DNA from: an archaeon
Lineage (GTDB): Archaea; Nanobdellota; Nanobdellia; Woesearchaeales; GCA-2686295
Assembly: GCA_043817405.1 (NCBI GenBank)
Contig: JBDRGV010000051.1
Coordinates: 1,960-65,959 of the forward strand
Direction: 5' to 3'
Length of the DNA: 64,000 nucleotides
In this document: in pieces, positions 36,225-45,417 of the stretch
Position numbering within the stretch: position 1 is the stretch's first letter
Layout of the letters: each line of letters starts with the position of its first letter
Made by a program: the position numbers and the translations under genes
The notes under the pieces: model-generated
What the model was told of the DNA's origin: nothing
Database searches by the model: none
The model's input: the letters and a program-made list of their open reading frames with translations, nothing else

Positions 36225-37124
36225 ATGTTCATAGAAAAAAGAAAACAAGGGAAAAAAGAAAAATATTACTTAATCCATTCTTACAGAGTCGGTGACAAAG
36301 TAAAAAGAATATCAAGGCATCTTGGATCAAACTTAAATAAGAACACCCTCGCACAACTAAGAGCAAGAGCAGAAATATTAATTTTAGAACAGATAAAAGA
36401 ACAGAGTCCCTACGAGTTTGAACTAAATAAAGATGAAATTGAATATTACAATAAATTTAATCATAAAATTGAGATAATCCACTTTCAAGAAAAAGATTGG
36501 CAACTATTCACACAAGCATTTACCTACAACACAAATGCGATAGAAGGCTCAACAGTCGTGAAAACAGAAGTAAAAAAGTTGTTGGGAAAAAAAGAAAGCC
36601 CAACAAATGATGATGAGAAAGAAACCTTAAATGTTGCCAATGCAGTTGAATTTATAAGAAAAACAAAAGAAAAGTTATCGGTTGAACTAATTAAAGAAAT
36701 TCACAAGATTTGCTTTCAAAGCACTAAACAATTTGCAGGAACAACTAGAAAAGTTGAAGTTGTTATAAGAGACTCTCATGGGAACATAGTTCATCAAGGA
36801 GCACCTGCAAATATGGTTGAAACATTACTAAAAGAACTGGTTGAGTGGTATCATAAGCACAAGAATAAATATCCTCCACTACTCCTGGCAGCAATTACAC
36901 ACAACCAATTTGAAGATATTCACCCATTTCAAGATGGAAATGGTAGAGTTGGAAGATTATTGTTAAATTATGTTTTATTACAGTTTAATTATCCTCCAAT
37001 AAATATCACTTTAAAAGACAAAGCTAAATACTATGAAACATTGCAGAGATATCATAAAACAAGCGACATTAAATCAACTTTAAAATTTCTAATAGCAGAA
37101 TACAAAAAACAATACAAGAAGTAG
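36225..37124 (+). CDS. Fic/Doc family protein, paralog 2
   Basis: HPFQDGNGRVGRLLLNYVLL Fic motif. The N-terminal region resembles Fic 29574..30491. Confidence 0.8.
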   Translation: MFIEKRKQGKKEKYYLIHSYRVGDKVKRISRHLGSNLNKNTLAQLRARAEILILEQIKEQSPYEFELNKDEIEYYNKFNHKIEIIHFQEKDWQLFTQAFTYNTNAIEGSTVVKTEVKKLLGKKESPTNDDEKETLNVANAVEFIRKTKEKLSVELIKEIHKICFQSTKQFAGTTRKVEVVIRDSHGNIVHQGAPANMVETLLKELVEWYHKHKNKYPPLLLAAITHNQFEDIHPFQDGNGRVGRLLLNYVLLQFNYPPINITLKDKAKYYETLQRYHKTSDIKSTLKFLIAEYKKQYKK

Positions 37125-37165
37125 GTGACCACAAAAACTAAAAAACTCAACATTTGTAGACACCT
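37125..37165 (+). repeat. Direct repeat copy 2, immediately downstream of Fic-2 (gtgaccacaaaaactaaaaaactcaacatttgtagacacc)
   Basis: About 75% identical to copy 1, including tgtagacacc. Followed by a TATA-rich stretch and small ORF 37257. Confidence 0.4.
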
Positions 37166-37256
37166 ATTTTTATAGATATTATATAAAGTTAATGAAAAAC
37201 ACTATGAATAAATTTATATATAAAGAAATTCAATTTCATATACGAGGTGATTTTTC

Positions 37257-37397
37257 ATGGCACTAGATTATACACAAATAATGTTAGCAATTTGTATCGG
37301 AACTTTGGCAGCTTTAGTATACACATTAAGAGTTCTTGTATCATTAGAGAAAAAAGTTTCCAGATTATTAAAACATAATGATATAAGTGAAGAATAG
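37257..37397 (+). CDS. Small (46 aa) membrane peptide; not in the ORF track
   Basis: GAGGTGA lies 8 nt upstream. Translation MALDYTQIMLAICIGTLAALVYTLRVLVSLEKKVSRLLKHNDISEE. Confidence 0.35.
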   Translation: MALDYTQIMLAICIGTLAALVYTLRVLVSLEKKVSRLLKHNDISEE

Positions 37398-37474
37398 AAC
37401 TATTGAAAGATAAGTTAAAAAAAGTTGTTTAAAGTTAACTCAACCTTTTTATATCTCTTCACATTCTTTTCCAT

Positions 37475-38140
37475 ATGAAAGTATACTTAGCCAACAAAAC
37501 TTCAGAATCATTCATTAAAGAATTTGAAAATCTTTCTAATGTTAAAGTAAACTATGAAATTAACTCAAACATTCTAAACCAAAAAGATTGTTTCTTAATT
37601 GATGTTTATAATACATTCATCAAACCAGTAACAACTATTGATGATGATATGACCATGGAAAGATTAGGAAAAATGGCTTATCTTAGGGGTGAAAAAGTTT
37701 CAGAAGATTTTATCATAAAAGGACAACCTGTTAGAAAAGGATTTAAAGAATTCTTAAAACATTACAATGACGTAAAAATAGGAATCCATTCCGACAGCAT
37801 ATATGATAATCAATTTCAAGAACTACATGATTATTGGGGTTTTGAAGGATTGGTTGAAAAATACTTCTATGAAATAACTGGAATTCCAGAAAAAGAATGG
37901 ATGTTCAAAAACTCTAATAAAATGGATTCGAAGTACTTTATACAAACATGGGATAATAAAAAATATATTAAAGATTTCAAGTATATGATTCAAGCAATGA
38001 ATACAAATAAAGAAAACACTTTAATCATAGGAGATGGACTAACAGACATTACTCCCGCAGTTCATTATAATATTGACCTCTTAGTGGTTCCACCGCAAAC
38101 AATGCAACCAAACTTTGATTTTAAAGAGTTAATAAAATAA
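37475..38140 (+). CDS. Hypothetical protein
   Basis: 221-aa ORF. Confidence 0.4.
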   Translation: MKVYLANKTSESFIKEFENLSNVKVNYEINSNILNQKDCFLIDVYNTFIKPVTTIDDDMTMERLGKMAYLRGEKVSEDFIIKGQPVRKGFKEFLKHYNDVKIGIHSDSIYDNQFQELHDYWGFEGLVEKYFYEITGIPEKEWMFKNSNKMDSKYFIQTWDNKKYIKDFKYMIQAMNTNKENTLIIGDGLTDITPAVHYNIDLLVVPPQTMQPNFDFKELIK

Positions 38141-38183
38141 CTCTCTCTAAACCTATTTAAATCTCTCTTTATTCCCTTTCTTC

Positions 38184-38732
38184 ATGGTTAAAGAAATTAT
38201 GAAATACATTTGCGAATTCAAAACTTGTGGAGCAGAATATAATTCCAGAAGTGAAGCTCAGAGATGTGAAGATTTTGGATTCATCGGTCCTGAGATTAAA
38301 AGTAATTTTATTTTCCGTTCCGACGCTCCTGGCCATGGTAAATATTATAATATCACTACTAGCACCATTGTGGAAGGCCATCGTAGAACAACTGAATACA
38401 GACAAATTTACGGAGACTTAGAATCTCTAAAGATAAAAGAACAAAGATTTAATCAAAAGAGTGAGGAACAACAGAAGAAAGAGCTTCAAGAGATTGACAT
38501 GATGGATATTATACCAACTACTACTAAATCATTAGCAATTTCTCTTGTTCAGGGTTATTACAAGATTCTTCCAAAAAAAGAATTCCAAGAAGTAAGCGAA
38601 TTTCTTTATAATGCTAATTGTATGGCTCCTTATAGAGAACCCTGGTATATGGGCTTTAATTTAAAATTCCAAAGAGAACCTTTTTTAAAAGACATGGATA
38701 CTATAATTGAAGAACTAAAGAAGTTTCCTTAA
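38184..38732 (+). CDS. Hypothetical protein
   Basis: 182-aa ORF. The N-terminal CEFKTCG...RCEDFG region may be a metal-binding knuckle. Confidence 0.4.
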   Translation: MVKEIMKYICEFKTCGAEYNSRSEAQRCEDFGFIGPEIKSNFIFRSDAPGHGKYYNITTSTIVEGHRRTTEYRQIYGDLESLKIKEQRFNQKSEEQQKKELQEIDMMDIIPTTTKSLAISLVQGYYKILPKKEFQEVSEFLYNANCMAPYREPWYMGFNLKFQREPFLKDMDTIIEELKKFP

Positions 38733-38779
38733 TACTTTCCTCAACCTTTTTATATATCTTTTAATTCCCATTCTCTACA

Positions 38780-39124
38780 ATGTCATTAAATGATGCACTA
38801 GCCAATATGAATGATCTTTATAATAAGATTACTGATAAAGGAATGGATATTTATCAGTTTGATTATAGCTATTCACTTTGGAAGTATCATCGATATGAGG
38901 ATGTAACTGACATATACACTATTCTTCTTCCTAAAGGTAAAAAATATATTTCTGAAGATAACATTGAAAGACTAAAGGGTTATGATAAGAAAATCCCAAG
39001 AACATCTATGCCTCTAAAGGATATAGTATCAGGAAGAATAAAGATTAAACCTGTAAAAGAAATGCCGACATTAAATACACTCCGAGAACTAATCTCTCAT
39101 GGAGTTCATTTTTCTAGAAGATAA
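38780..39124 (+). CDS. Hypothetical protein
   Basis: 114-aa ORF. Confidence 0.4.
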   Translation: MSLNDALANMNDLYNKITDKGMDIYQFDYSYSLWKYHRYEDVTDIYTILLPKGKKYISEDNIERLKGYDKKIPRTSMPLKDIVSGRIKIKPVKEMPTLNTLRELISHGVHFSRR

Positions 39125-39125
39125 T

Positions 39126-39380
39126 TCACTTCTTATATATCTTCTTTCGATGTCCTACTTTTATTACCAGAATAAACAACTCTTTTCTATAGATATCTGC
39201 AATTATCCTATAATCTCCTGCTCTTAATTTGTATGATTTTTCACCAACCAATTTTTCAAAGTATGCTTCAGGCCTTATCCTGGATCTTTCTATCACAGAT
39301 ATTATTCTTTTTCTAATCTCTTTTGGTAGTTTTGCTAGTTGTTTCTTAGCTAAATCCGAAAGTTCTACTGTATAACTCAT
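39126..39380 (-). CDS. relE: RelE/ParE-family toxin
   Basis: KSYKLRAGDYRIIADIYRKELFILVIKVGHRKKIY is the RelE signature. Overlaps the upstream antitoxin gene by 4 nt. Confidence 0.7.
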   Translation of the reverse strand: MSYTVELSDLAKKQLAKLPKEIRKRIISVIERSRIRPEAYFEKLVGEKSYKLRAGDYRIIADIYRKELFILVIKVGHRKKIYKK

Positions 39381-39646
39381 AGTCCTAACTCTTTTTTAAC
39401 TTCAGCAAGAGTGTGTGTCTTGCCTTCTTTGTATTCTTTTCTAGCTATTTCTATATCTTTCAGAGTCTCTTCAGATAGCTCCATTGTATCTTCTAACAAA
39501 TCCCATAGAACATCTTCATAGCTTTCATTAGAATATCTTTTCTTTGCTTTTAATTCGTTTAACAAATCTTTGCTTATTTGAATAGTTGTATTGGCCATAG
39601 CATCTATATAAGTCACTATAGTATTTAAAGATTGTGCTTTGGACAT
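39377..39646 (-). CDS. Antitoxin partner of RelE (start re-called to ATG)
   Basis: 89 aa and acidic. TTTTTATTA lies about 23 nt upstream of the ATG (MSKAQSL). The ORF-track start is a GTG. Confidence 0.5.
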   Translation of the reverse strand: MSKAQSLNTIVTYIDAMANTTIQISKDLLNELKAKKRYSNESYEDVLWDLLEDTMELSEETLKDIEIARKEYKEGKTHTLAEVKKELGL

Positions 39647-39696
39647 AATTGTATTTAGAATAATCACCTTAATAAAAACTATGCAACAAAACTCGC

Positions 39697-39708
39697 AAGA
39701 TTTCCGGC
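39697..39708. promoter_or_regulatory. CCGGAAAT motif, copy 5 (reverse orientation, caagatttccgg)
   Basis: Between the divergent promoters of the RelE-antitoxin operon and the HExxH protein gene. Confidence 0.3.
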
Positions 39709-39753
39709 ATACCTTTATAAAATTCTCTTTATCCCCATTCTTAGGTGGTTATT

Positions 39754-40221
39754 ATGGAAGAATACACACAAGAACAACACGGAAAAGATTCTAAAATCTA
39801 TGATCCATATCCTTTTATAAGGAAAATAATAAAAACCAATTTTATTCTAAGTTGTGCTGTTTTGACTTGGGGTTTTACGCTGGCAACTCTCAATTATAAA
39901 GCTTGCAGGTCTGAAAAGATAGTTGATGAAACACACTTGCAAGAGATAATCATAGAAGAGTCCAAAGCTTTGGATATGAAAAATAAGGATATCACCGGAA
40001 GATTCACCGAAGCACCTTTTGGCCATGGTCAGGCGATAAAACTTGATTATAATAAATACGAGATAATATTAGATAAGAAAGGAAGAAACAGGGGTGTTCT
40101 GAAGCATGAACTGTATCATATACTCAAAGGCCATGCAGAAGAAAAAGACAACCTGTTGATATATCTGTTCATAGAAGAACCACAGGCAGCTCTTTACGGA
40201 GCCTATGGTATAAAACTATAA
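39754..40221 (+). CDS. Membrane-anchored HExxH zincin-like protein (DUF45/SprT-like?)
   Basis: N-terminal TM, then LKHELYHILKGHAEE (HELxHxxxxH). AGGTGG lies 6 nt upstream of the ATG. Confidence 0.4.
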   Translation: MEEYTQEQHGKDSKIYDPYPFIRKIIKTNFILSCAVLTWGFTLATLNYKACRSEKIVDETHLQEIIIEESKALDMKNKDITGRFTEAPFGHGQAIKLDYNKYEIILDKKGRNRGVLKHELYHILKGHAEEKDNLLIYLFIEEPQAALYGAYGIKL

Positions 40222-40296
40222 GAAAACACCATGCTATAAAAAATTAAAGCAAGTTTTATATACTTTAATAAAAATAATCAATCGGAGTTGATAAAC

Positions 40297-40500
40297 ATGG
40301 TAAAAACTAAAATGAGTAAATGTTGTAATTTAAGTAAATATGGAACAGGATGTTGCGCCTATTTCTTAGGATTTATTGGTGCAGCTATTTATTACATCTC
40401 AACAGCTACAGGTTTTTGGAACGGAGTACTTGGTGTTCTACAAGCAATAGTGTGGCCTTTGTTCTTAGTGCTAGATTTATTAAAGTTTCTAGGCGCATAG
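40297..40500 (+). CDS. Small membrane protein with N-terminal CC..CC motif
   Basis: MVKTKMSKCCNLSKYGTGCCAYFLGF followed by two TM helices. GGAG lies upstream. Confidence 0.4.
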   Translation: MVKTKMSKCCNLSKYGTGCCAYFLGFIGAAIYYISTATGFWNGVLGVLQAIVWPLFLVLDLLKFLGA

Positions 40501-40514
40501 AATAAATAATCATT

Positions 40515-40535
40515 CTAGAACAATCTTTGTTTTTT
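40515..40535 (+). terminator. Repeat/terminator-like element, copy 1 (ctagaacaatctttgtttttt)
   Basis: 5-bp hairpin aacaa-tct-ttgtt plus a T6 run, right after the stop of 40297..40500. Confidence 0.4.
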
Positions 40536-40581
40536 AAATTAATTTCAAAAAATTTATAAATATATTCCTCAGCAGATAAAC

Positions 40582-40884
40582 ATGAGGGTTTTGGCTTTAT
40601 TTTCACTGGTAATAGTAGCTCTGCTAATTTCATGCTCTACAAATATAACACTCCAAGACAGGGTTAATGATGCTTTAGTAGGTAAAAACATAACTCATTA
40701 TTCTATAGCAGGAGTACCACTAACTCATGTAATAGAAGAATCTGACATTGGAAAAGCAGAGAACGCGTTGTATCAAAAACAAGAATACATTAGAGTAAAG
40801 ATAGGTCAAACTATATCTTGGAACCTGTATCTTGACAAAGAAACACTAGAGATTATACACACAGAACAATTATTTGTAACATGA
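40582..40884 (+). CDS. Small lipoprotein
   Basis: Signal peptide plus lipobox LLISCST. Confidence 0.45.
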   Translation: MRVLALFSLVIVALLISCSTNITLQDRVNDALVGKNITHYSIAGVPLTHVIEESDIGKAENALYQKQEYIRVKIGQTISWNLYLDKETLEIIHTEQLFVT

Positions 40885-43800
40885 AAAAAATTATTCCTTG
40901 GATATTAGTATTCTTAATCGTTAGTATGATTGTTTCTGCAGAAGTAAGAGTATCAAATAACGAAAAAAGCTTTATCTCCAAAGAAGAAAAGAAGGAAGTC
41001 ATTCTTAACATGCCAGGTATAAAGCAAACAGATATAACCATGAAGAAAGAACTGAAAGAACAAGGTTACAAATATACTTTCTATCAACAAAAATATAAAA
41101 ATTTAGAGGTATATGGTGCACAGATAAGCATCATCGAGAAAAACGAGAAATTAGTTTCTATAAAATCCAATTATGAAGAATTTGATATAAACACTAATCC
41201 ATTGTTAAGCTCAGAAGATGCTAGGGAGATAGTCTGCGATGATATTGGACTTGTTGTGAAATTAGAGCCAAAACTAATCATCTACAAAAACCAATTCAAA
41301 GGAGCCGATTATCTACTGGCTTACATCATAGAAACGCCACTGCTAGAAGGACCTGAAAGATGGCGATACATCATTGATGCAAGGACTGGAAATATAGTTA
41401 TAAAAGAGACTCTTGTAATAGAAATATATGGTTATGTTACAGCACAAGTATTTCCAGAAACACCTGCGCAAACACAAATAACAGTCAATCTGACAAATAA
41501 CAATATAACTTTATGGCAGAATGGTAGCTTTGTCGCTTCTACATTGACCAATAATGGATTTTACAACATATCAGGATATGATAACAATATAATATTAAAA
41601 TCAAATCTTGAAGGACCATATGTAAAAGTTCTGAACGCAAACCAGACAAGAGCCTATTTTGAGTACAACGGAACTGGAAATGAGAGTTACAGCTGGAACT
41701 GGAATGTCTCTGACAACAACTCTGACAGGAATGAAGAGTCAAACATGTTCTATCACATAAATATTGCTCATGATTATTTCACGAGCGGTGAACCTTTCAA
41801 CATAACACAGATGAATTATCAGATGAACGCTACAGTACAATACGGTTTAGTATGCAATGCATTCTATGATACAGTTGACAAAAATATATACTTCTACGGT
41901 GGCGCTGGTGGTTGCGACAACCCTGCACTTAGTGCAGATATAATTTATCATGAATATGTTCACGCAGTGACCACTGAGATTTACGATTGGTTTCCTTATT
42001 ATAAAATCACAGGCGCCATGAGTGAAGGTTTCTCAGACTATTTCGCAGCCACAATAACAAATGACCCTGCAATTGGAAATGGCAACTGGAATCCATACAT
42101 TAGGAACATCAGCAATACAAGAAGCTATATCAACAACTATGCAGAATGTCCATCAGGTCAAAATCCTAGTCCAGGCAATGATTACTGTTATGTGCATTCA
42201 AACTCAGACATTTTTAGCGGAGCATTATGGGATTTTAGGCAATTAGTAGGTAATGAAACTGCAGATACCTTGATAATGAGAACAATAAAAGCACAGCCTC
42301 ATAGTTTCTCAGAATTCATGGAAGACATGCTAATATTAGATGATGACAATGCTAATCTTTCTGATGGAACACCAAACAGTACATTCATCTGCCAGGCATT
42401 TACCAACCATGATATATATTCTTATTATTGTAATGAGACAAAACATTCTTTTGACATATCTGAAACTACTTTAAACTGGTACGATGCCGCTGCAAACGGC
42501 CAAATAGTATCTTCATCTGAATCAACTGATGGAACACAAGGAATGGATGATGATGACATAACAAAGCCAATCAATCTAAGCTTTTTATTCCCTTTCCACG
42601 GAAGCAAGTACTCAAAAATATACATCGGTTCAAACGGTCTGGTGACCTTGCAGAATTACTCAGTTTCTATATTCTGGGATGACTGCTTCATACCAGACAG
42701 CAACCTGCCAAACACAGTCATCGCACCATTATGCACTGACCTTGATCCAAGCAGTGGCGGAGATGTGTATTATTGGTCTCAAAGCGACAAGTTTGTCGTT
42801 GAGTGGAAAAATGTTGTGCCTTATGGACAGAGCGAACAACTAAATATAGAATTGATAATTTTCAATAACGGAAGCATAGTCATGCAGTTCCAAAACATCT
42901 CTGGAATCAGCAGCACTTCAACAAAGATAGGTGTAGAAGATGATATTGGTTTGGCAGCAGATCTGTTGAATTATACTGATGTAAATTCTCTTGATCCTTC
43001 TGCGTTCATATTCATACCAACAAATACTGCTCCTAATCTGACTTCTTCTGCTCCAGACATAAATACAAGCATTTCAGAACCTAACAATCAGACTTTCAAC
43101 ATAAGTTATGATGATTTTGAGAGCGACACTATATCTATAAAATGGTATGTTGATGGTATTCTTTTTGCTGAGAACTCTACGATATTTGCTTATAACAGCA
43201 CATACACTTCTTCAGGAAGCCATAACATAACAGTAAATATCAGCGATTATCTCGACACTACAAGTTATTCATGGATGCTTGTTGTCAACAACACAGATAC
43301 TATACCTTCCATTAACAGTTATTCTCCTGGCAATGGCAATGTCTCCATGGTCGAGAATAACACACAATTTTTCAACCACTCATCAAGTGATGTTGATGGT
43401 GATACATTAAGCTATTCATGGTATCTTAATAATTCTTTAGAAGCAAACACTAGTTATTGGAGCTTTACAGCCAACTTCACTACTGCCGGAAACTGGAATT
43501 TAACCTTGGTTGTCTCAGACCCTCAAGGTAATAATGTTAGCAATTACTGGAATCTGCTTGTGAACAACACCAACAGAGCACCTATCTGGAACTCATTCGA
43601 AAACCAATCAATACTAAGCAACGAAACGCTCAATTATTACTTGAACACGACTGATCCTGACGGAGATAGTGTGAGCTTTTGGGTGAATGAAAGTGCTGTA
43701 AATGTTTCTACAGACAACCTGACTTATACACCTGTTAATTTCACAGGAAACAAATCCATAAGTATAGCTGCTATGGACTATGAATCCAATACTACAATTA

Positions 43801-44819
43801 CATTGATTATAACAGTCGTTGCAATTAATTATTCACCGGTATTCAGCGGAACAATACTAAATCAAACATGGAATGAAAACACAGCAAAAACCAGTGCTTT
43901 CGATCTCGATGACTATTTCTCAGATACTGATAGCAACTTAACATTCAACTATACTAGCACTAATAACATCATAGTTTCCATATCTGCAACAAATATTGTC
44001 AGCTTCTCACAGCCTGCTGATTGGTACGGTACTGAAACCATAATATTCAACGCGACGGATGGAACAAACCATGTAGACTCAAACAACATAACATTAACGG
44101 TTAGTGAAGTCTTCTCAAGTAGTGGGGGCGGAGGAAGCGGAAGCGTTCCAGTTGCAGAAGATACAATTTTAAGATCATGGCCTATTGTAAATACTGGCGA
44201 TTCAAAAACATTGATGATTAACAAAGCAGAGATTCCTTTGAAAAGCATAAGCTTTGAGGCTGCATCCAAACTCGCTTCACCAAATATAGTAGTTCAAAAA
44301 CTTGATTCAGCTCCAACTGTTGGTGCAAAATCAGGCAATATTTACAAATACATAAAAATAACTCCAACAAGGATGGATGTAGCAAGCGTTAACATAATAT
44401 TTTATGTCAACAAAGAATGGATTAAAAACAATTCGATTCTGAACGAAGATATTGCATTGTTCAGGTATACTGACAAATGGGTTGAGCTTCCTACAGTTAT
44501 TTTAGATCAAAATCTGACTGATGTGATATACAATGCAACAGGTCTAGGATTCAGCTATTTCGCAATTGCAGAGAAAGAAAAAATTATTACTCTCGCTTCT
44601 GACAAAGGTACAATGTTTGAATGGGTGGATGATAATGAAACAGAGGAAATAATTGAAAAAGAAACTGTAGAAGAAGTAAATAAATCTATTACACCAATAG
44701 TAGAAAATGATTCGAAAGATTTCAAACCAATACCATATTTATTAAGTGCATTGTTGTTGTTCATAATAGTTTACATATCTAAATCCTATAAGAATAAAAA
44801 AAACATTTCTAAGAATTAA
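40881..44819 (+). CDS. Giant secreted thermolysin-like (M4/M36-like HExxH) metalloprotease with PKD/cadherin-like repeats and a C-terminal TM anchor
   Basis: Signal peptide. IIYHEYVHAVTTE matches thermolysin HELTHAVT, and GAMSEGFSDYFAA matches E...SD. Three or more repeated modules each contain a DxDGD segment (SDVDGDTLSY, TDPDGDSVSF, DDFESDTISI). Ends with a hydrophobic anchor and a KNKKN tail. Confidence 0.75.
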   Translation: MKKIIPWILVFLIVSMIVSAEVRVSNNEKSFISKEEKKEVILNMPGIKQTDITMKKELKEQGYKYTFYQQKYKNLEVYGAQISIIEKNEKLVSIKSNYEEFDINTNPLLSSEDAREIVCDDIGLVVKLEPKLIIYKNQFKGADYLLAYIIETPLLEGPERWRYIIDARTGNIVIKETLVIEIYGYVTAQVFPETPAQTQITVNLTNNNITLWQNGSFVASTLTNNGFYNISGYDNNIILKSNLEGPYVKVLNANQTRAYFEYNGTGNESYSWNWNVSDNNSDRNEESNMFYHINIAHDYFTSGEPFNITQMNYQMNATVQYGLVCNAFYDTVDKNIYFYGGAGGCDNPALSADIIYHEYVHAVTTEIYDWFPYYKITGAMSEGFSDYFAATITNDPAIGNGNWNPYIRNISNTRSYINNYAECPSGQNPSPGNDYCYVHSNSDIFSGALWDFRQLVGNETADTLIMRTIKAQPHSFSEFMEDMLILDDDNANLSDGTPNSTFICQAFTNHDIYSYYCNETKHSFDISETTLNWYDAAANGQIVSSSESTDGTQGMDDDDITKPINLSFLFPFHGSKYSKIYIGSNGLVTLQNYSVSIFWDDCFIPDSNLPNTVIAPLCTDLDPSSGGDVYYWSQSDKFVVEWKNVVPYGQSEQLNIELIIFNNGSIVMQFQNISGISSTSTKIGVEDDIGLAADLLNYTDVNSLDPSAFIFIPTNTAPNLTSSAPDINTSISEPNNQTFNISYDDFESDTISIKWYVDGILFAENSTIFAYNSTYTSSGSHNITVNISDYLDTTSYSWMLVVNNTDTIPSINSYSPGNGNVSMVENNTQFFNHSSSDVDGDTLSYSWYLNNSLEANTSYWSFTANFTTAGNWNLTLVVSDPQGNNVSNYWNLLVNNTNRAPIWNSFENQSILSNETLNYYLNTTDPDGDSVSFWVNESAVNVSTDNLTYTPVNFTGNKSISIAAMDYESNTTITLIITVVAINYSPVFSGTILNQTWNENTAKTSAFDLDDYFSDTDSNLTFNYTSTNNIIVSISATNIVSFSQPADWYGTETIIFNATDGTNHVDSNNITLTVSEVFSSSGGGGSGSVPVAEDTILRSWPIVNTGDSKTLMINKAEIPLKSISFEAASKLASPNIVVQKLDSAPTVGAKSGNIYKYIKITPTRMDVASVNIIFYVNKEWIKNNSILNEDIALFRYTDKWVELPTVILDQNLTDVIYNATGLGFSYFAIAEKEKIITLASDKGTMFEWVDDNETEEIIEKETVEEVNKSITPIVENDSKDFKPIPYLLSALLLFIIVYISKSYKNKKNISKN

Positions 44820-44822
44820 TAC

Positions 44823-45020
44823 CTATTCCAGAACAATCTTTGTTTTTTCTCTGAATTTAGAAGTCGCCACACTAACTAGTTTATAGTTTTTCAAATTCTG
44901 AGCTTCAGCATATATTTTTGCAGAGTTTACGGATGTAAAAGTTTTAGGTCTTTTAGTCCTATTTCTAGGTATATGTACTGAAGTTCGCATTCTCTTCAAA
45001 GAGGTTTTCATTCGTACCAT
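44823..45020 (-). CDS. Small basic protein (65 aa), speculative
   Basis: CTTATAAATA lies about 24 nt upstream of the ATG. The protein is K/R-rich. It overlaps the terminator-like repeat. Confidence 0.25.
   Translation of the reverse strand: MVRMKTSLKRMRTSVHIPRNRTKRPKTFTSVNSAKIYAEAQNLKNYKLVSVATSKFREKTKIVLE
44828..44848 (+). terminator. Repeat/terminator-like element, copy 2 (ccagaacaatctttgtttttt)
   Basis: 19-nt identity with copy 1, right after the stop of the giant protease gene. Confidence 0.4.
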
Positions 45021-45138
45021 TTTCTCAACAAAACACAGAGTTATTTATAAGCTTTACTATAATACATTGACCAAACTCTATGTTGCTATGTTGCGAAACA
45101 CAGAAACATTTAAATACCCATAATTCCAAAAATAAGTC

Positions 45139-45408
45139 ATGCCTGATGAAAAACTTGCAAGAGCAATAATGTCCAGAGTAAGAAGAGATATACTTCATAT
45201 TCTAACAATAAAACCTAAACAACCAGTACATTTGATAGCTGACGAGTTAAAAATCACTGAATCATCGGCTTCAAAACATTTGAAATTACTTCATGATCTA
45301 GACATTCTTGAGTTTCATGATGAAGGAAAAGAAAGATTTTATTCTTTAAAAATTCTAGAAATAAAAGAATTACTCAACGCATATGGTACTGTAATAAGAA
45401 AACTGTGA
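45139..45408 (+). CDS. ArsR/SmtB-family wHTH regulator
   Basis: RRDILHILTIKPKQPVHLIADELKITESSASKHLKLLHDLDILE is the ArsR signature. Confidence 0.65.
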   Translation: MPDEKLARAIMSRVRRDILHILTIKPKQPVHLIADELKITESSASKHLKLLHDLDILEFHDEGKERFYSLKILEIKELLNAYGTVIRKL

Positions 45409-45417
45409 GGGAGTAAA

